In this document: positions 34,271-45,304 of the stretch, in pieces
Numbering within the stretch: position 1 is the first letter of the stretch
Layout of the letters: the number at the start of each line of letters is the position of its first letter
Assembly: GCA_000091205.1 (NCBI GenBank)
Contig: AP006495.2
Reading direction: 5' to 3' (one strand)
DNA from: Cyanidioschyzon merolae
Taxonomy: Eukaryota
Length of the DNA stretch: 64,000 bases
The notes under the pieces: generated by a model
Database searches by the model: none
Told to the model about the DNA's origin: nothing
Seen by the model: the letters and a program-made list of their open reading frames with translations, nothing else
Made by a program: the position numbers and the translations under genes

Positions 34271-34890
34271 CGGTGTTCCTGTGCCTCAGACTGATTGCGA
34301 GGTTCCAGGAACGTTGTCGTTGCGATAACGGTGGAAGATGGCCGTGTGTGGACTAGAACTCTTTTTTCGCGGCTGTATCCAGCTTTTTCAAGTTCAAACG
34401 AGTGAACTGGTGGGAAAAGAGACGCCCCTGGAGGCTGCTATCGCCGCTTTTGCTTCCCGTACGGTAATCAACGCGTCGTATCCTAAGATTTTCCTCAAGA
34501 AGTTTTTAAGAATATAGGTTTATGGCGCGGATTGCATGTTCTTGGTTTCTTTTGCGTTCCTCATCCATCAGAGTACTGTGGAATGACTGACCCGAAAAGG
34601 GGATGCAGCCCTCCTTGCACAGTTCAGTAAAGAATATATCCTACATTCAATTGGTCTACGATATATACAGTACATTCCATTCTGAAGTCCTTCTCCTAGT
34701 ATACACCGCTGCGGGATGGAACAGATGTGAGTTGGAAGAATACACCACAACGTTGGTGTAGTGCCCTTGGCGGCAGTGCGAACCCTCTGCGAATAACAAG
34801 GTGGCGTGGAAACGCGTCTGCCTGCGTTCAAAGATTCAAGTCTTTCTCAGGTGTTCTGGTTAGAGTCTGCAACTTGTTTCCAACACAGCT

Positions 34891-35919
34891 GTGATCCCTT
34901 TCGTGCACCGGTACAGGTGCTGCTGGCCTCCGGGTGGCATGGCGGTGGACCGAACAGCAGAGCTTCGAGCACTTTGCCGCGAGCGAGACACTCGTTTTTC
35001 CAAAATTGGAGGTGCACAAGCTGACAAACAGCTCTCACCAAAGGTTCGCTTCAAGAGCGGGACTGGCGAGGCCTTCCGCTTGCTCTCTGAGCAGCTGCTC
35101 GAGAACCTGAGACACTTTGCGCTCTTGTTACACGCAAACACTGGCTGGCTTCTTGACGCTCGCAACTACGACTATTCGCCGAAGCAGCGTGTCGAGTTTG
35201 AGGCTTCCTGCACAAAACTACTCCAGGGACTTCTCGCGAACTTGGTTGCTCTACGAGATCTGGCCGAGTGGCCTCGGGGCAGCCATCATTCGGCGCAGCG
35301 CGTCCAGCACCGTCTCGTAGTGGTAGAGACTCTCTCTAGCCAGATCGAGACGCTCAACCAGTACCTGCGTACGCTCCTCAGCACGAGCAGCGAGCGCAAG
35401 TGCAGCGCCAAAAGCCACCCCTGCATTACGAAACACGCTCAACGTGGCACGAGCAGTGAAAGCGTCCACGCATGCAATCACGCATCCATTCCGTTAAGAG
35501 AAATCGCTGCCTCAAATGTTTCTCTCGAAAAGAAATTCCAGGAGGAGACACCACGTGAGCCCAGCGAGCCGGAAGGCATCCCAGCCGAGGCCCGTGGTGC
35601 ACAGGCGATGCTGTTAATGCAGCCTCCAATTTTCACGTGGGAGCAGGAACTCACCGAACGGGACCGAATCGTGCGAGATGTTGAACGGAATTTAATACAA
35701 GTCTCTGAGCTCTTGCATGACTTCAGCGTGCAGGTAGCCCAACAGGATCACGTCGTTGAAAGCCTACTCGAGGATGCGTTCCGCTCTACGGAGTTTGCGG
35801 AACGCGCGAATCGAGAGCTGGATCGGATGCGCGGCGCCGATCACTCGTGGCACATCGTCTTGACCGTCATCTTTCTAGTTATGGCGTTGAGCCTCTTAGC
35901 ATTGGACAGGCTTCGATAA
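34891..35919 (+). CDS. syntaxin 5 / Sed5-type Qa-SNARE
   Basis: An N-terminal DRTAELRALC motif corresponds to the Sly1-binding DRTQEF motif of syntaxin 5. The C-terminal SNARE heptads (ELLHDFSVQVAQQDHVVESLLEDAFRSTEFAERANRELDRM) are followed by the TM anchor IVLTVIFLVMALSLLAL. The true start is probably the Met at about 34939 (MAVDRT). Confidence 0.8.
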   Translation: MIPFVHRYRCCWPPGGMAVDRTAELRALCRERDTRFSKIGGAQADKQLSPKVRFKSGTGEAFRLLSEQLLENLRHFALLLHANTGWLLDARNYDYSPKQRVEFEASCTKLLQGLLANLVALRDLAEWPRGSHHSAQRVQHRLVVVETLSSQIETLNQYLRTLLSTSSERKCSAKSHPCITKHAQRGTSSESVHACNHASIPLREIAASNVSLEKKFQEETPREPSEPEGIPAEARGAQAMLLMQPPIFTWEQELTERDRIVRDVERNLIQVSELLHDFSVQVAQQDHVVESLLEDAFRSTEFAERANRELDRMRGADHSWHIVLTVIFLVMALSLLALDRLR

Positions 35920-35932
35920 ACTTTTCTGGAAC

Positions 35933-37075
35933 ATGATTGGTCAGCGGCACTCGAGGACATTTTCCTTTGTTTATTTGACGTTACCGAGTTGGACCATGCT
36001 TAGCCATAGTAGAGAGCTCGTTGGGTCAGGTCGCTGTAGTTTGCGGTGTGTGCGAACTCGGCCTCTTCACGTCTTAGAGACGACGTGGGCGCGAAAACGA
36101 AAGCAAAAGGCTGGCACATCGGGACAGGGCGGAGATAATGAGGCAGGGGAAGATGCTTCCCCCAACCGCAGGTTTAGTCGTAAAATGTCTCTGAAGCAGC
36201 AGCTGCTGTTGCTGCGAGAACGAGCGGCCCAGGAAAAGCGAGCCGCTGGTGCTGCGGCGTCTGCAGCGCCCGCGCGAACCTCCTACCGCCGGCGTTTGGT
36301 CCGAACTCCGCCCGAAGAGGACAACCAGGAGGAAACTGAAACCGCTGAGTCGCTAGAAGCTCAGAAGCCTGAAGTCGCTGCAAGCGAAGGACTGCCCAAG
36401 GTGAACGCTACGAAAGAGCGGGCGCGACAAAAATGGTTTATCGTTGACGGCTATAACGTTATCGGCGCCGCGCCAGAGCTCAATGCATACGTTCGGGATG
36501 GTGACCTCGAGACTGCCCGCCGACTACTTATCGAAGACGTAACGAATTTGTCGGCAATTCGCGGATGGCACTTTAGCATCGTGTTCGATGCGACCACGAA
36601 TCCACAGGATGGTTACCCGCGTACGAAGGATACCACCGAAAAGATCACAACAGCCCTGATACATCCGGATGTGAACGCGAAGGCTGCATCTGGAACCCAG
36701 CATCAGTCTCGAGCGAGAAAGTCTGCCAAAGGCGAGGAGGCGTCAACAGAGTCGGTTGAAATAATCTATCCAGCCTGCAAGAGTGCTGACTCATATATTA
36801 TCTCACGCGTGCGCGGGGCTGCTCGAGACCACAACATGGAAGTTTGGGCAGCAACTGGTGATAGTATAGTGCAGAGTCTTGTTCGTGCGAGCGGAGCCTT
36901 TGTTATCAGCTCAGAACTGTTTCTGCGCGAGGTCGAGAACGCCAAAACTGAAATGCGAGTCATCCATCGTCTCGCTACCAACGAGCCAGGCCTGGCGCTG
37001 ATCGATTGTCTGGACCAGGAATCGCGCGATAGACTGCTTAGCTTGAAAGAGAGCAACGTTGAGAACACTTCCTGA
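35933..37075 (+). CDS. YacP/Rae1-like NYN-domain (predicted RNase) protein with basic/Ala-rich N-terminal region
   Basis: The motif KWFIVDGYNVIGAAPEL...SIVFDATTNPQ...ADSYIISRV...EVWAATGDSIVQ matches the YacP-like NYN fold. The annotated ATG lies only 13 nt after the syntaxin stop, so the real start may be a downstream Met near 36185. Confidence 0.6.
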   Translation: MIGQRHSRTFSFVYLTLPSWTMLSHSRELVGSGRCSLRCVRTRPLHVLETTWARKRKQKAGTSGQGGDNEAGEDASPNRRFSRKMSLKQQLLLLRERAAQEKRAAGAAASAAPARTSYRRRLVRTPPEEDNQEETETAESLEAQKPEVAASEGLPKVNATKERARQKWFIVDGYNVIGAAPELNAYVRDGDLETARRLLIEDVTNLSAIRGWHFSIVFDATTNPQDGYPRTKDTTEKITTALIHPDVNAKAASGTQHQSRARKSAKGEEASTESVEIIYPACKSADSYIISRVRGAARDHNMEVWAATGDSIVQSLVRASGAFVISSELFLREVENAKTEMRVIHRLATNEPGLALIDCLDQESRDRLLSLKESNVENTS

Positions 37076-38256
37076 TGCTGTCGATTGGGCCTCGTCGTCG
37101 AGCGGCCTTGTGCGCGTGGCCGCTTTTCGAAGATGCACTTCCCCAGTTAGCGGGCAGCGACTCGTCGTGCCGTCCCGTACACGTTGCCAACTCCCGGGGA
37201 CACTCGCAAATAGGACAGACACGAGCAGACCCAGCAGCAGGAAGATTGCACAGGGCAATAGACCATCCAATGGGCATCTTACTCGGCTGACGCCATCAGT
37301 TCTTTAATGGTTTAGGATTGTCGAATCGAATCGGCGATCCCAAAGTGTGGAATTTTGATCGGCATTTGGGCGACTCTGTCGTTGCCGCTTGCACGCAGAG
37401 CCGCCAAGCTGATGCTCCTCTCCGAGTGCACCGATGGTGTCGCACATATTCTGTGCGAGAGCGCGCCCAAGCGGGTAGATGCAGCTCGTCATTTTGTATG
37501 CAAACATCGCAGGGAGCGATTGCACCCCAAACACTTTTCGCTCAAGTTTCTTGATTTCGACTGTGCATCGTGTACGCGTCTTCGGGAAAGCCGCACCAGC
37601 GACGCATCTAGTCCAGTTGCATCTGCGCCATCGATGGGGCAAGGTGTAGGCTCTCTACATGAAAACTGCTAGGTCTCTGGATAACACACTGAACTGCATA
37701 GAGCATTCTCCCGTTATCGTACGCCAGGAAAGAGAGCTTGTAAAAGGCGGCGCTTCCGCCGTGAACGCTTGCTTACAGTTCGCACACGCACGTGCACGCC
37801 GGCACGTGCTGCGACGCCCTGAAACGACGGCGCTTCGGTCAAGCGCGACTCGAACGTTTCACACCAGTGAATAAGAGACATCACTGGTGATCTATATGAA
37901 CAGAGCCAGGCACCGCTTAAACCGTCAGAAACGAACGTTGCACTGTCGTGGGCAGCGCCAGCGTCTTGCGCCAAAAATCTTCTATGCACCTTGGCTCTTT
38001 TTTGAGGCAGAAGTCCTACAACCAAAAAGTGTTTTTGGAATAAGTCCGGAACCGATTCCGTCGCACTGGGTTTCAGTTGTCTCGCTGCACACCATTACTG
38101 TGGTGGTCGTAGGGACGCCGTGCGGGAGCAGGGCATCATGACGCAACGCGTTGCGGGGGACGCACTCGCATGCTTTGTTTTCGGGCGTAGTGGTCGATGC
38201 TGCTCTCGAATGGAGATTCAGGCGCTCGCCTTGCGCTCTCACGACGCATCAGCTCG

Positions 38257-39636
38257 TTAGGTGAGAAACAAATGCAACGTCTTGCAGGTTCGAGTGTCGG
38301 TATCTGTTACGGATAGCACGACTTGATCGGGAACTTTCGGATGACTGTCAGAAATGAAGATATCGCTCAACGGCCGCTCGAGATTCGGGCTTGTTGCTGC
38401 TTTGAGGCTTTGAGGTACGCTCATGTATACGGGTCGATAATCCCAGACAATTGTGGGACTGCGACAGTGGAGCACAGGATGCCTTTCTAGGAGTTCTATG
38501 AGCTCCTTGACAAGCATGTTTTTCGATACGCTTATGGCAACAGCGGAACCTGGACCACATACAGGACACGATAGTCGTCTCTCGATGAAAATCGAGTCGA
38601 TGTAGAGGCCATCGCTTCCATGAAAACTTGTCCAGGGGCACTGTGCATGAGAGCCGCCCCATACGAGCCTCGTCACTGCGAGTGCACAGGCGGCACCGGT
38701 AACTGCACTCGTTGTCGCCAATGCCGGCACACTGCGGTGCAGGACAGCTTTCACGAGAGCCGTGGTCACACCTTCGATACCGAACGCTGCAGCACGCTCC
38801 TGTGCTCTGGTATAAATCCATTCAAGATGCTCCGGGTTCTCCGGGTCTATGGACCGCACCGCCTGGTCGTCACGTGCAGGCCAAAGAACCGCCTGTGCGT
38901 AATGAATACAGTGCTCTGGCCGCAATGGTGTACCGGCGATCGTGCAAAGCGGTTGCCGACCTGCTTCATCTGGAAACAGATCAAGTATGCACTCGATGCA
39001 GGGCGTTTCATACGGGCGAATCGTTCGGACTTGGCCTGCGAGACCCTCCAGGCCCCCGTCGATGAGCACGGGCAAGTATTTCGACTGAACTGCACAGTTG
39101 GGAGAGGTAACAGGACGTACCACGTGGAACACGACTGTGTTTAACCAGCGGCGAGCCTCAACGGTATCCACACCCGACACGATGACATCAAACGCACGGT
39201 AGAAGGCAACAGGCATCTGTTCCGCGCTCGCCCAATATCCGCGTATTGTGCAGCCTGGAAAGCGCTCTTTAATTGCCTGGGCAGCTCTCAGCGCTTTGCT
39301 GGCACCAACGTCGGCGGAGCTGTAGAGCGTCTGGCGGTTGAGGTTGCTCTCGGCGACCGTGTCCCGGTCGAGCACCACCAGGTTTCGGAAACCACACAAG
39401 GCAAGCGCCCTCAGCGCTTCGCAACCGATCGCCCCCGCACCAACCACCAGAATTTGTAGGTTTGACTTGGCATGCTTCATTCGTACGTCAGTGGTGCATC
39501 GAGTCAGTGCTTCCGGTGCAAGAGCCGCTGGACCGGCGTCATCGGCGTGCGCCAAGAGCTCCGGGGCCGAGTGAGCTGAGCTTGCGTGCATGAAACGACA
39601 ACCCACGCTGGTGCATAGTTGGAAGTATAGGCGCAC
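38257..39636 (-). CDS. UBA3: NEDD8-activating enzyme E1 catalytic subunit (UBA3)
   Basis: ThiF fold starting ILVVGAGAIGCEALRALALCGF...DRDTVAESNLNRQ. The regions LIDGGLEGLAGQVRTIRPYETPCIECILDLFP and CTIAGTPLRPEHCIHYAQ align with the human UBA3 catalytic cysteine domain, and a C-terminal ubiquitin-fold E2-binding region is present. Confidence 0.85.
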   Translation of the reverse strand: MRLYFQLCTSVGCRFMHASSAHSAPELLAHADDAGPAALAPEALTRCTTDVRMKHAKSNLQILVVGAGAIGCEALRALALCGFRNLVVLDRDTVAESNLNRQTLYSSADVGASKALRAAQAIKERFPGCTIRGYWASAEQMPVAFYRAFDVIVSGVDTVEARRWLNTVVFHVVRPVTSPNCAVQSKYLPVLIDGGLEGLAGQVRTIRPYETPCIECILDLFPDEAGRQPLCTIAGTPLRPEHCIHYAQAVLWPARDDQAVRSIDPENPEHLEWIYTRAQERAAAFGIEGVTTALVKAVLHRSVPALATTSAVTGAACALAVTRLVWGGSHAQCPWTSFHGSDGLYIDSIFIERRLSCPVCGPGSAVAISVSKNMLVKELIELLERHPVLHCRSPTIVWDYRPVYMSVPQSLKAATSPNLERPLSDIFISDSHPKVPDQVVLSVTDTDTRTCKTLHLFLT

Positions 39637-41099
39637 TAGCCTAATACTTTCATATGCATATAACGGCCTGAACTTGGTATGAAGACGTCACTTGGTAAGC
39701 AACGCCAGGAAGAGAGCACTTGAGACTTTCTTGGACCGCGGTTCAGCCTCAGCGGTCAATGACTGGGCAATTACTCGAACGGCATACATCGCCCAGCGTT
39801 CTGTGCTGCAAGAGCGGTTAGGCCGGGCCCATCGCCGGTTGTTTTACAGAGAGCATGCGAATTTTTCATTCACAAGGGTCTCTTCTGCTTCGGTTTCGTA
39901 AGTTATATACGAGCATTCTCTGCTTGAATTTTGGACGGGTTGTTCTCCGTAAAACGACTGCCTTCGCTGCTCTTCGACCCGATCACGAAAAAGCCATCCA
40001 GAGTGCGAAGCAATCAGCGTTTGCGTTTGCTTCCATCGTGGACCGCCCTTACAAAGCACTTCTACGTCGGAACTGCTCACCGTCTCGATTCCCATTGAGC
40101 AATCGCATCCTTGAAGCATACTTCGCAGCGCGTTAGCACCGACGTGTTCCAGACATCGCAAAGGAATGGGGGAGACATTTTTCCGCCGTGAAGCACCAGT
40201 CGCTTGCTTGTCGGAAGTTTTCCCCGATCATGCTGGGAATGTCGCCATGCTGATTTCCGTCTGGACGGCAACTCGCCACCGGCGAGTCCAAAATCCCGCG
40301 TTTCAGCCAACCTGAGCCTCATGCGCAAAGAGCTGGAGGCGAATTCCGGCTAAATGCAGATGCGCCTCTCGAATTGGCCCAAGGCAAGAGGAGCCCAAAC
40401 CGACTGGCGAGCGTATGTCAAGCCCTGTTCAGCGGGTATTCTCCGTCGATCCCATGGCTGCGCATGAGGCGGTGTCGCCACAGTCGCTCTGTAGCAGAGC
40501 AGCGTAAATCGAATCGTACTAGTGTAAACTAGCGACAGCGCTGAAAGCATGCCGCACAATTTTGGATCCTTTTCCATATACCAATGCGTATTCGTCGAAA
40601 TCGATTGAAACGCTATCGTCTAAATGCCCCGTTCGAGACCGGATACCGGGGCCAGCGGCTTTACGCAACAATCGCATGGAACTGAGCACACGAGAATTGA
40701 ATCGCCAGCCCCAGCATACAGTCTGAGGCCTCGAGCCTCCTACCAGACAGACTGTCATGTTCGAGAGCCTCTATAAGGGCGTGCCTGTCAGCCTAAGCGC
40801 TAGACGCCAGCGGACAACATCTCAATGCAGCATGCACGCCATTTCGCATCACATCTGTGCTGGATGCGATCGCTTCGAAGCGGCATCTATCCGTGCACCG
40901 TATTTTATACACAATCCGTGGCCTCCATTTCCAGATTCCGCTCCCAGATCATACTCTGTTCGCGTATGTGTTCAAGCATGCACACACACAAAACGCCGTT
41001 CTAAAGTTGAGCGTCGCCGGCAGTGCACAGTCGTGGCGGTGAACACGCCCTAGACATAGCGTCTTCAACTGACGTGCAGACGCCTCGCAGCCGTTCTGG

Positions 41100-41390
41100 A
41101 CCGGCCATCTAGTACTGCCTTCAACTTTCTCTCATATAATTCCACCTTGAGAGGCTGCCCCAGTAAATGCGCTCTTGTAAACTCTTAAGGTCTTCTTTCC
41201 ATCACCGCACATCTTCTTATATTGATAGCGGCATTAAAGTTCGGTTCACTAATCCCATCCGTTTCTTGCCGTCGGTAGTTGTACTCACCAGCGCAAGTAG
41301 TCCTCGAACTTTCGCTCTCCTTTCCATTTGCTCTTCTGTCAACGCTCCGTACTTTGCTATATCCTCAGGGCTCCGCTGGCACTTTTCCAT
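41100..41390 (+). repeat. dispersed repeat family 3, copy immediately 3' of the broken ORF pair at 41682..42988
   Basis: ctgccccagtaaatgcgctcttgtaaactcttaaggtcttctttccatcaccgcacatcttcttatattgatagcggcattaaagttcggttcactaatcccatccgtttcttgccgtcggtag aligns with 33990..34270. Confidence 0.5.
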
Positions 41391-41681
41391 CTCGACCCTC
41401 TGAGGTGTGCCCCCCAACTCGTAAGGCGTATAGGACGTTCAGATCCCATCTATCGGTATCGTAACAAAACGCTTTGCACACTCCTTGTACGTTCTTGTCG
41501 TTGGAGCTGGCTTAGTCCCTTTTTTGGTCATCCAGCGACCTGCTCCGTATGCTACTACGAGCCTCTGAATCTCGTCCTCTTTGAGTGCGCTCAACTAATT
41601 GAAAATTTTCGCAAACGCGCGCTTTTTCCCACTGTACAAGTTCATACGCAGACGTGCCCACTGGGGCTTTGTATATTCTTT

Positions 41682-42988
41682 CTACAGCGCCTCCCAATGA
41701 GCAACGCGAACTTTCATGAATTTCAGAAAAGCTTGAAAGTCCGTTCCTCGGCTCGTCACCTCGCTCAAAGCTTCCACGTGCTCTTTCACTCCTGCATTCC
41801 ATCTCTCAATTTTCTTCCTTGCATTCATGATTCCCGATTCTCGGTAGTATCTCGCTCTCGAGAACCTCAACAGACGCATGTCTTTCTGACGTAATTTGCC
41901 GTCAGTACCATCTTCAGCACGCTTCGGTACAGCGATGATTATGATATTCGTGATTCCGGGGTCAGCGCTAACGATAAAGTCGTTCTCATGCACTTTCTGC
42001 GTCATAGGAACCGCCTTCTTCTTATCTTCATGCTCCGCTGAAGGCAATTTCGAAGATGAAACAGGACGATCTGCCTCCAACCGACGAGAATGAACACACT
42101 TGGGTACCCCATCGGTTTCGAACATCCACGCAAATACCTTTTGCTTGCTCACTCTCAGACGTTTGAAATCGAAGATATTCTTCCAGTGCGTCTCCCGGTT
42201 TTAACCGGTGAACTCCTCCCTGCTGACATTGAACTCAGGACTGATCTCCTTAATGATGCCATGAAGGACTCTGGAGTCGATAGTCACAGATGTGACTCAA
42301 TGTTGTACATTGCAACCGCTTTGAAGCGCTTCCCCATTAGGGCGGCCTTCCGTCTCTCCCAGTCTTCATTTTTTTCCTCACTCAGCCTCATGTCTGCTTT
42401 GCATTCGAGCTCTCGATCCAGGAATACGAAATACTGCAGGAGAAGCCGATAGTATCTTTCCTTATCTTTTTTCAACTCTGATTTCTTTTCTGCAGGATTC
42501 GCCAGCCCCAAGACTGCACGATGCTCTTGTATAGCTGCGCGGATGACGGAATCCTCATTTGTGCTCCTGCGTGACGCCTTCTTGTCGAAGAATTCGATCT
42601 CACCTTCATACTGTCGATTGTTCGTAATGGCATTGATAATCGTCCATATCCCTTTGCGAGAGAAGCCCCGATAGAGTGCAAAGACAGAGCGTATTATGGA
42701 GCGTTCGAGTTTCACGATCACGTGGTTCTTCAAGTTCGTCAGGTACATCTTCGCCCCGTCCAAATTTATTCTGAGACTAGAAGCGGGTGTGCTGTGTCCG
42801 GGCATAGCCCTGGTCGGGTTGGAATCCCAGTATATGGCTTCACGTTGCCGCAGGCAGTGCGTCTGTATGCACAGCTGGAGGCTCCCAGGTTGATTATGCG
42901 CTACGGCCCCGTGTTGAATGAACCACGGCTCGAAAAGACGCCCCCACTGGTATGGCAAAGCTTCTCTGTCTCCGTCCTGCATCCGCAC
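41682..42988 (-). pseudogene. unknown Lys/Arg/Glu-rich ORF pair (234 aa + 156 aa) broken by stop/frameshift; possible decayed mobile-element gene
   Basis: Two adjacent minus-strand ORFs, 42284..42988 then 41682..42152, of similar basic composition. The second contains IVSADPGITNIIIIAV, which weakly resembles a TnpB/Fanzor RuvC-I (DPG) motif. A family-3 repeat lies just 3' of them, and non-protein-like overlapping ORFs occur on the other strand. Confidence 0.3.
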
Positions 42989-43511
42989 CGGCGGTTTAGG
43001 CTCTATTGCGCATGCTCACTCCGGGCTCGGCGCACGATAGAACATATGAAACGACCACTAGTCCCGAAAGAAAGTTTATGAAACGGAACTTGAAAGTAGG
43101 TGCATCGTGATGGACGCTTTTTCGTTTACCGTTACCCTTCCATCCCGAAATCCGGTATCGATGGTCCATGGAAACGTTTTCTCATCGGAAAAATCATCGG
43201 TGCCAAGTCCATTTGAAAAGTTTTGAATGGAGCCGCGGTTCCGCTGCATATCGAAGCGAAGGCCGCACGTGATCTGGAGGCGCTCATACTTTTCTCAACT
43301 TTTTCTTGTCGAGACAACGGACCAGAGAAGTGAAGGATCCACGTTTGTTCGTCCTTTGCTTCGCGGTCGTGGTTCTGAAAGGCACCTGTTGTTGCCTCGT
43401 TCCGAGTGCGCTGGGTAGGAGCCAAAGCTTGTGCACAGTTCGCTAGACTGAGGGAGCACGCTACTCGTTGTTCTCGGTTAAAAAGCGGATTGGATTCGGT
43501 TTCTAGGTGCA

Positions 43512-45062
43512 ATGGCAGCGGTTACCGATACTTTGGGCTCACGACTCGAACTTGAGCGGCGTATTGTGGTTCATATAGATATGGACTGCTTCTACGCTCA
43601 GGTCGAACGGAAACGCCTCGATTTAGCTGAGGACGTCCCGCTTTGTGTCGTCCAGTGGAACAGCATTCTTGCTGTGAGCTACGCAGCTCGAGCAGCAGGG
43701 ATCAAGCGAGGTGCAACACCGCAGGAGGCCAAATCCAAGTGCCCCGAGTGTGTGCTTGTACACGTAGAAACCGTTGATGCTGCCGGAAGGAAACCACAAG
43801 TCTCTGAACTTGACCTGTCTGAGGAAGCCTCTATAGTGCGAGCCGCGAACACCGTCTGCTTAGATCGATATCGGTTGGAGTCCGAGAAGATTTTTGGGAT
43901 TCTCTCCCGCTTTAGTGACGCCGTTGAGCGCTGCTCAATTGACGAAGCTTTCATAGAGCTTACGGACGTGGTCGATGATTTCGACGAGGCAGTCCGTTTG
44001 GTACAGCGCATGCGAGACGCTATCCTTGATGAGCTTAGATACACCTGCAGCGCTGGGGTTGCCTGCAACAAAATGCTCGCTAAGTTCGCTAGCTCTACGA
44101 ACAAACCGAACAAACTGACCGCCATACCTTGGAGCGAGACGAACTCCATTCTCGCCAGGATTCCGCTTTCACGGGTTCGCGGGCTTGGTGGCAAATTCGG
44201 AGCTGAGCTGCAGCGGAACTTTAAGGCCGAAACGCTCGCTGACTTGTCGCAGCTGTCGATGGCAGCGCTGCAGGCCGCATACGAGCCCTGCACAGCGGAA
44301 TGGCTCTTCTGGCTGGCTCGGGGTTATGATCCCAGTCGAGTGGAGCCACGTGATCGTCCGCGGAGTCTGCTAGCGGCGAAATCCTTTGCCCCGGTAGATA
44401 CCTGGCAGGATGCGCGCCGCATCCTCTTCCTGCTGGCAACTCGCCTAGAGCAGCGTATTGAACGCGATACCAGTATGCATCATCGTCGACCGAGAACATT
44501 GTGCGTATCTTTTACTTCTGCGCAAGCGGGACTCCAAGGTCAACGGCATCATCATGCAAGTCGTTCTGGGCCATTTCCAACCTGCGCGAAAGAGGACGCA
44601 GCCGCAAGCATTGCAGAAGGTGCTGAGAAGCTGCTGCGGTCGATACGGTCTGGTTTTCGATTCCCATGCAAGCGCTTTATGCTGGAAGCGACGAACTTTC
44701 AACCCATCGCAAGCGGCGCCTATTCCATACGTTCTTACATGGGCAAACCGGGTAAGCGCGCGCTCAAAGCTGACGTGCCCTCGGGCGGCATCGCAGAATG
44801 CGAGCGCGAGCAGAACCCCATATCTGGGTACGCACCGGCAGCGAGAAATGAATGCAGTTTCGCGGGTGCCACGCCGACACCCGAGCGCGAGCACCAAGGC
44901 ATCGCAAATGCGAAACTAGTTCTTCGGGCTGGCAGTAGCGTTAGCGGTAACGAGGCGCTCGTGAGTCACTGGAAGCGTCACTGCGGAGGTGCGACCAGAC
45001 GCATTCATGACGGCTGTATTACTTGCTACTTTTCGCAGCCGAAGCGCTCTGAAACTCGTTGA
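43512..45062 (+). CDS. POLH: DNA polymerase eta (Y-family translesion polymerase, RAD30/POLH)
   Basis: Opens with IVVHIDMDCFYAQVERKRL...PLCVVQWNSILAVSYAARAAGIKRG, then SIDEAFIELTD, VACNKMLAKFASSTNKPNKLT and LSRVRGLGGKFG, which are the classic Y-family palm, fingers and little-finger motifs. Confidence 0.9.
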   Translation: MAAVTDTLGSRLELERRIVVHIDMDCFYAQVERKRLDLAEDVPLCVVQWNSILAVSYAARAAGIKRGATPQEAKSKCPECVLVHVETVDAAGRKPQVSELDLSEEASIVRAANTVCLDRYRLESEKIFGILSRFSDAVERCSIDEAFIELTDVVDDFDEAVRLVQRMRDAILDELRYTCSAGVACNKMLAKFASSTNKPNKLTAIPWSETNSILARIPLSRVRGLGGKFGAELQRNFKAETLADLSQLSMAALQAAYEPCTAEWLFWLARGYDPSRVEPRDRPRSLLAAKSFAPVDTWQDARRILFLLATRLEQRIERDTSMHHRRPRTLCVSFTSAQAGLQGQRHHHASRSGPFPTCAKEDAAASIAEGAEKLLRSIRSGFRFPCKRFMLEATNFQPIASGAYSIRSYMGKPGKRALKADVPSGGIAECEREQNPISGYAPAARNECSFAGATPTPEREHQGIANAKLVLRAGSSVSGNEALVSHWKRHCGGATRRIHDGCITCYFSQPKRSETR

Positions 45063-45304
45063 ACATTCGCATAGATCTTGATTCTTGCAAATCTAAACTT
45101 TTTTGTATGTAGTTGAGTAGCGATACGAGATGCTGCATGGATCGCGCGGGGGCGAGCGTTTCAGTGAATTCCGTCGTGGGCATTGCCAAATGAGCAGCTA
45201 AAAACCAACGATATGGCGATAGGTGCAGACTTAGCGCCCATGATAGAGCCGGCGCCACAGAAACTAGACTGGAACGCTAGTGAAGCACGAGGTTGTCGGC
45301 GGGG

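Noticed and set aside
38348-39144. Long alternative-frame ORFs (157 aa minus, 174 aa plus) within the UBA3 locus
   Set aside because: They overlap the UBA3 reading frame and lack motifs. The UBA3 frame has a full-length homology match.
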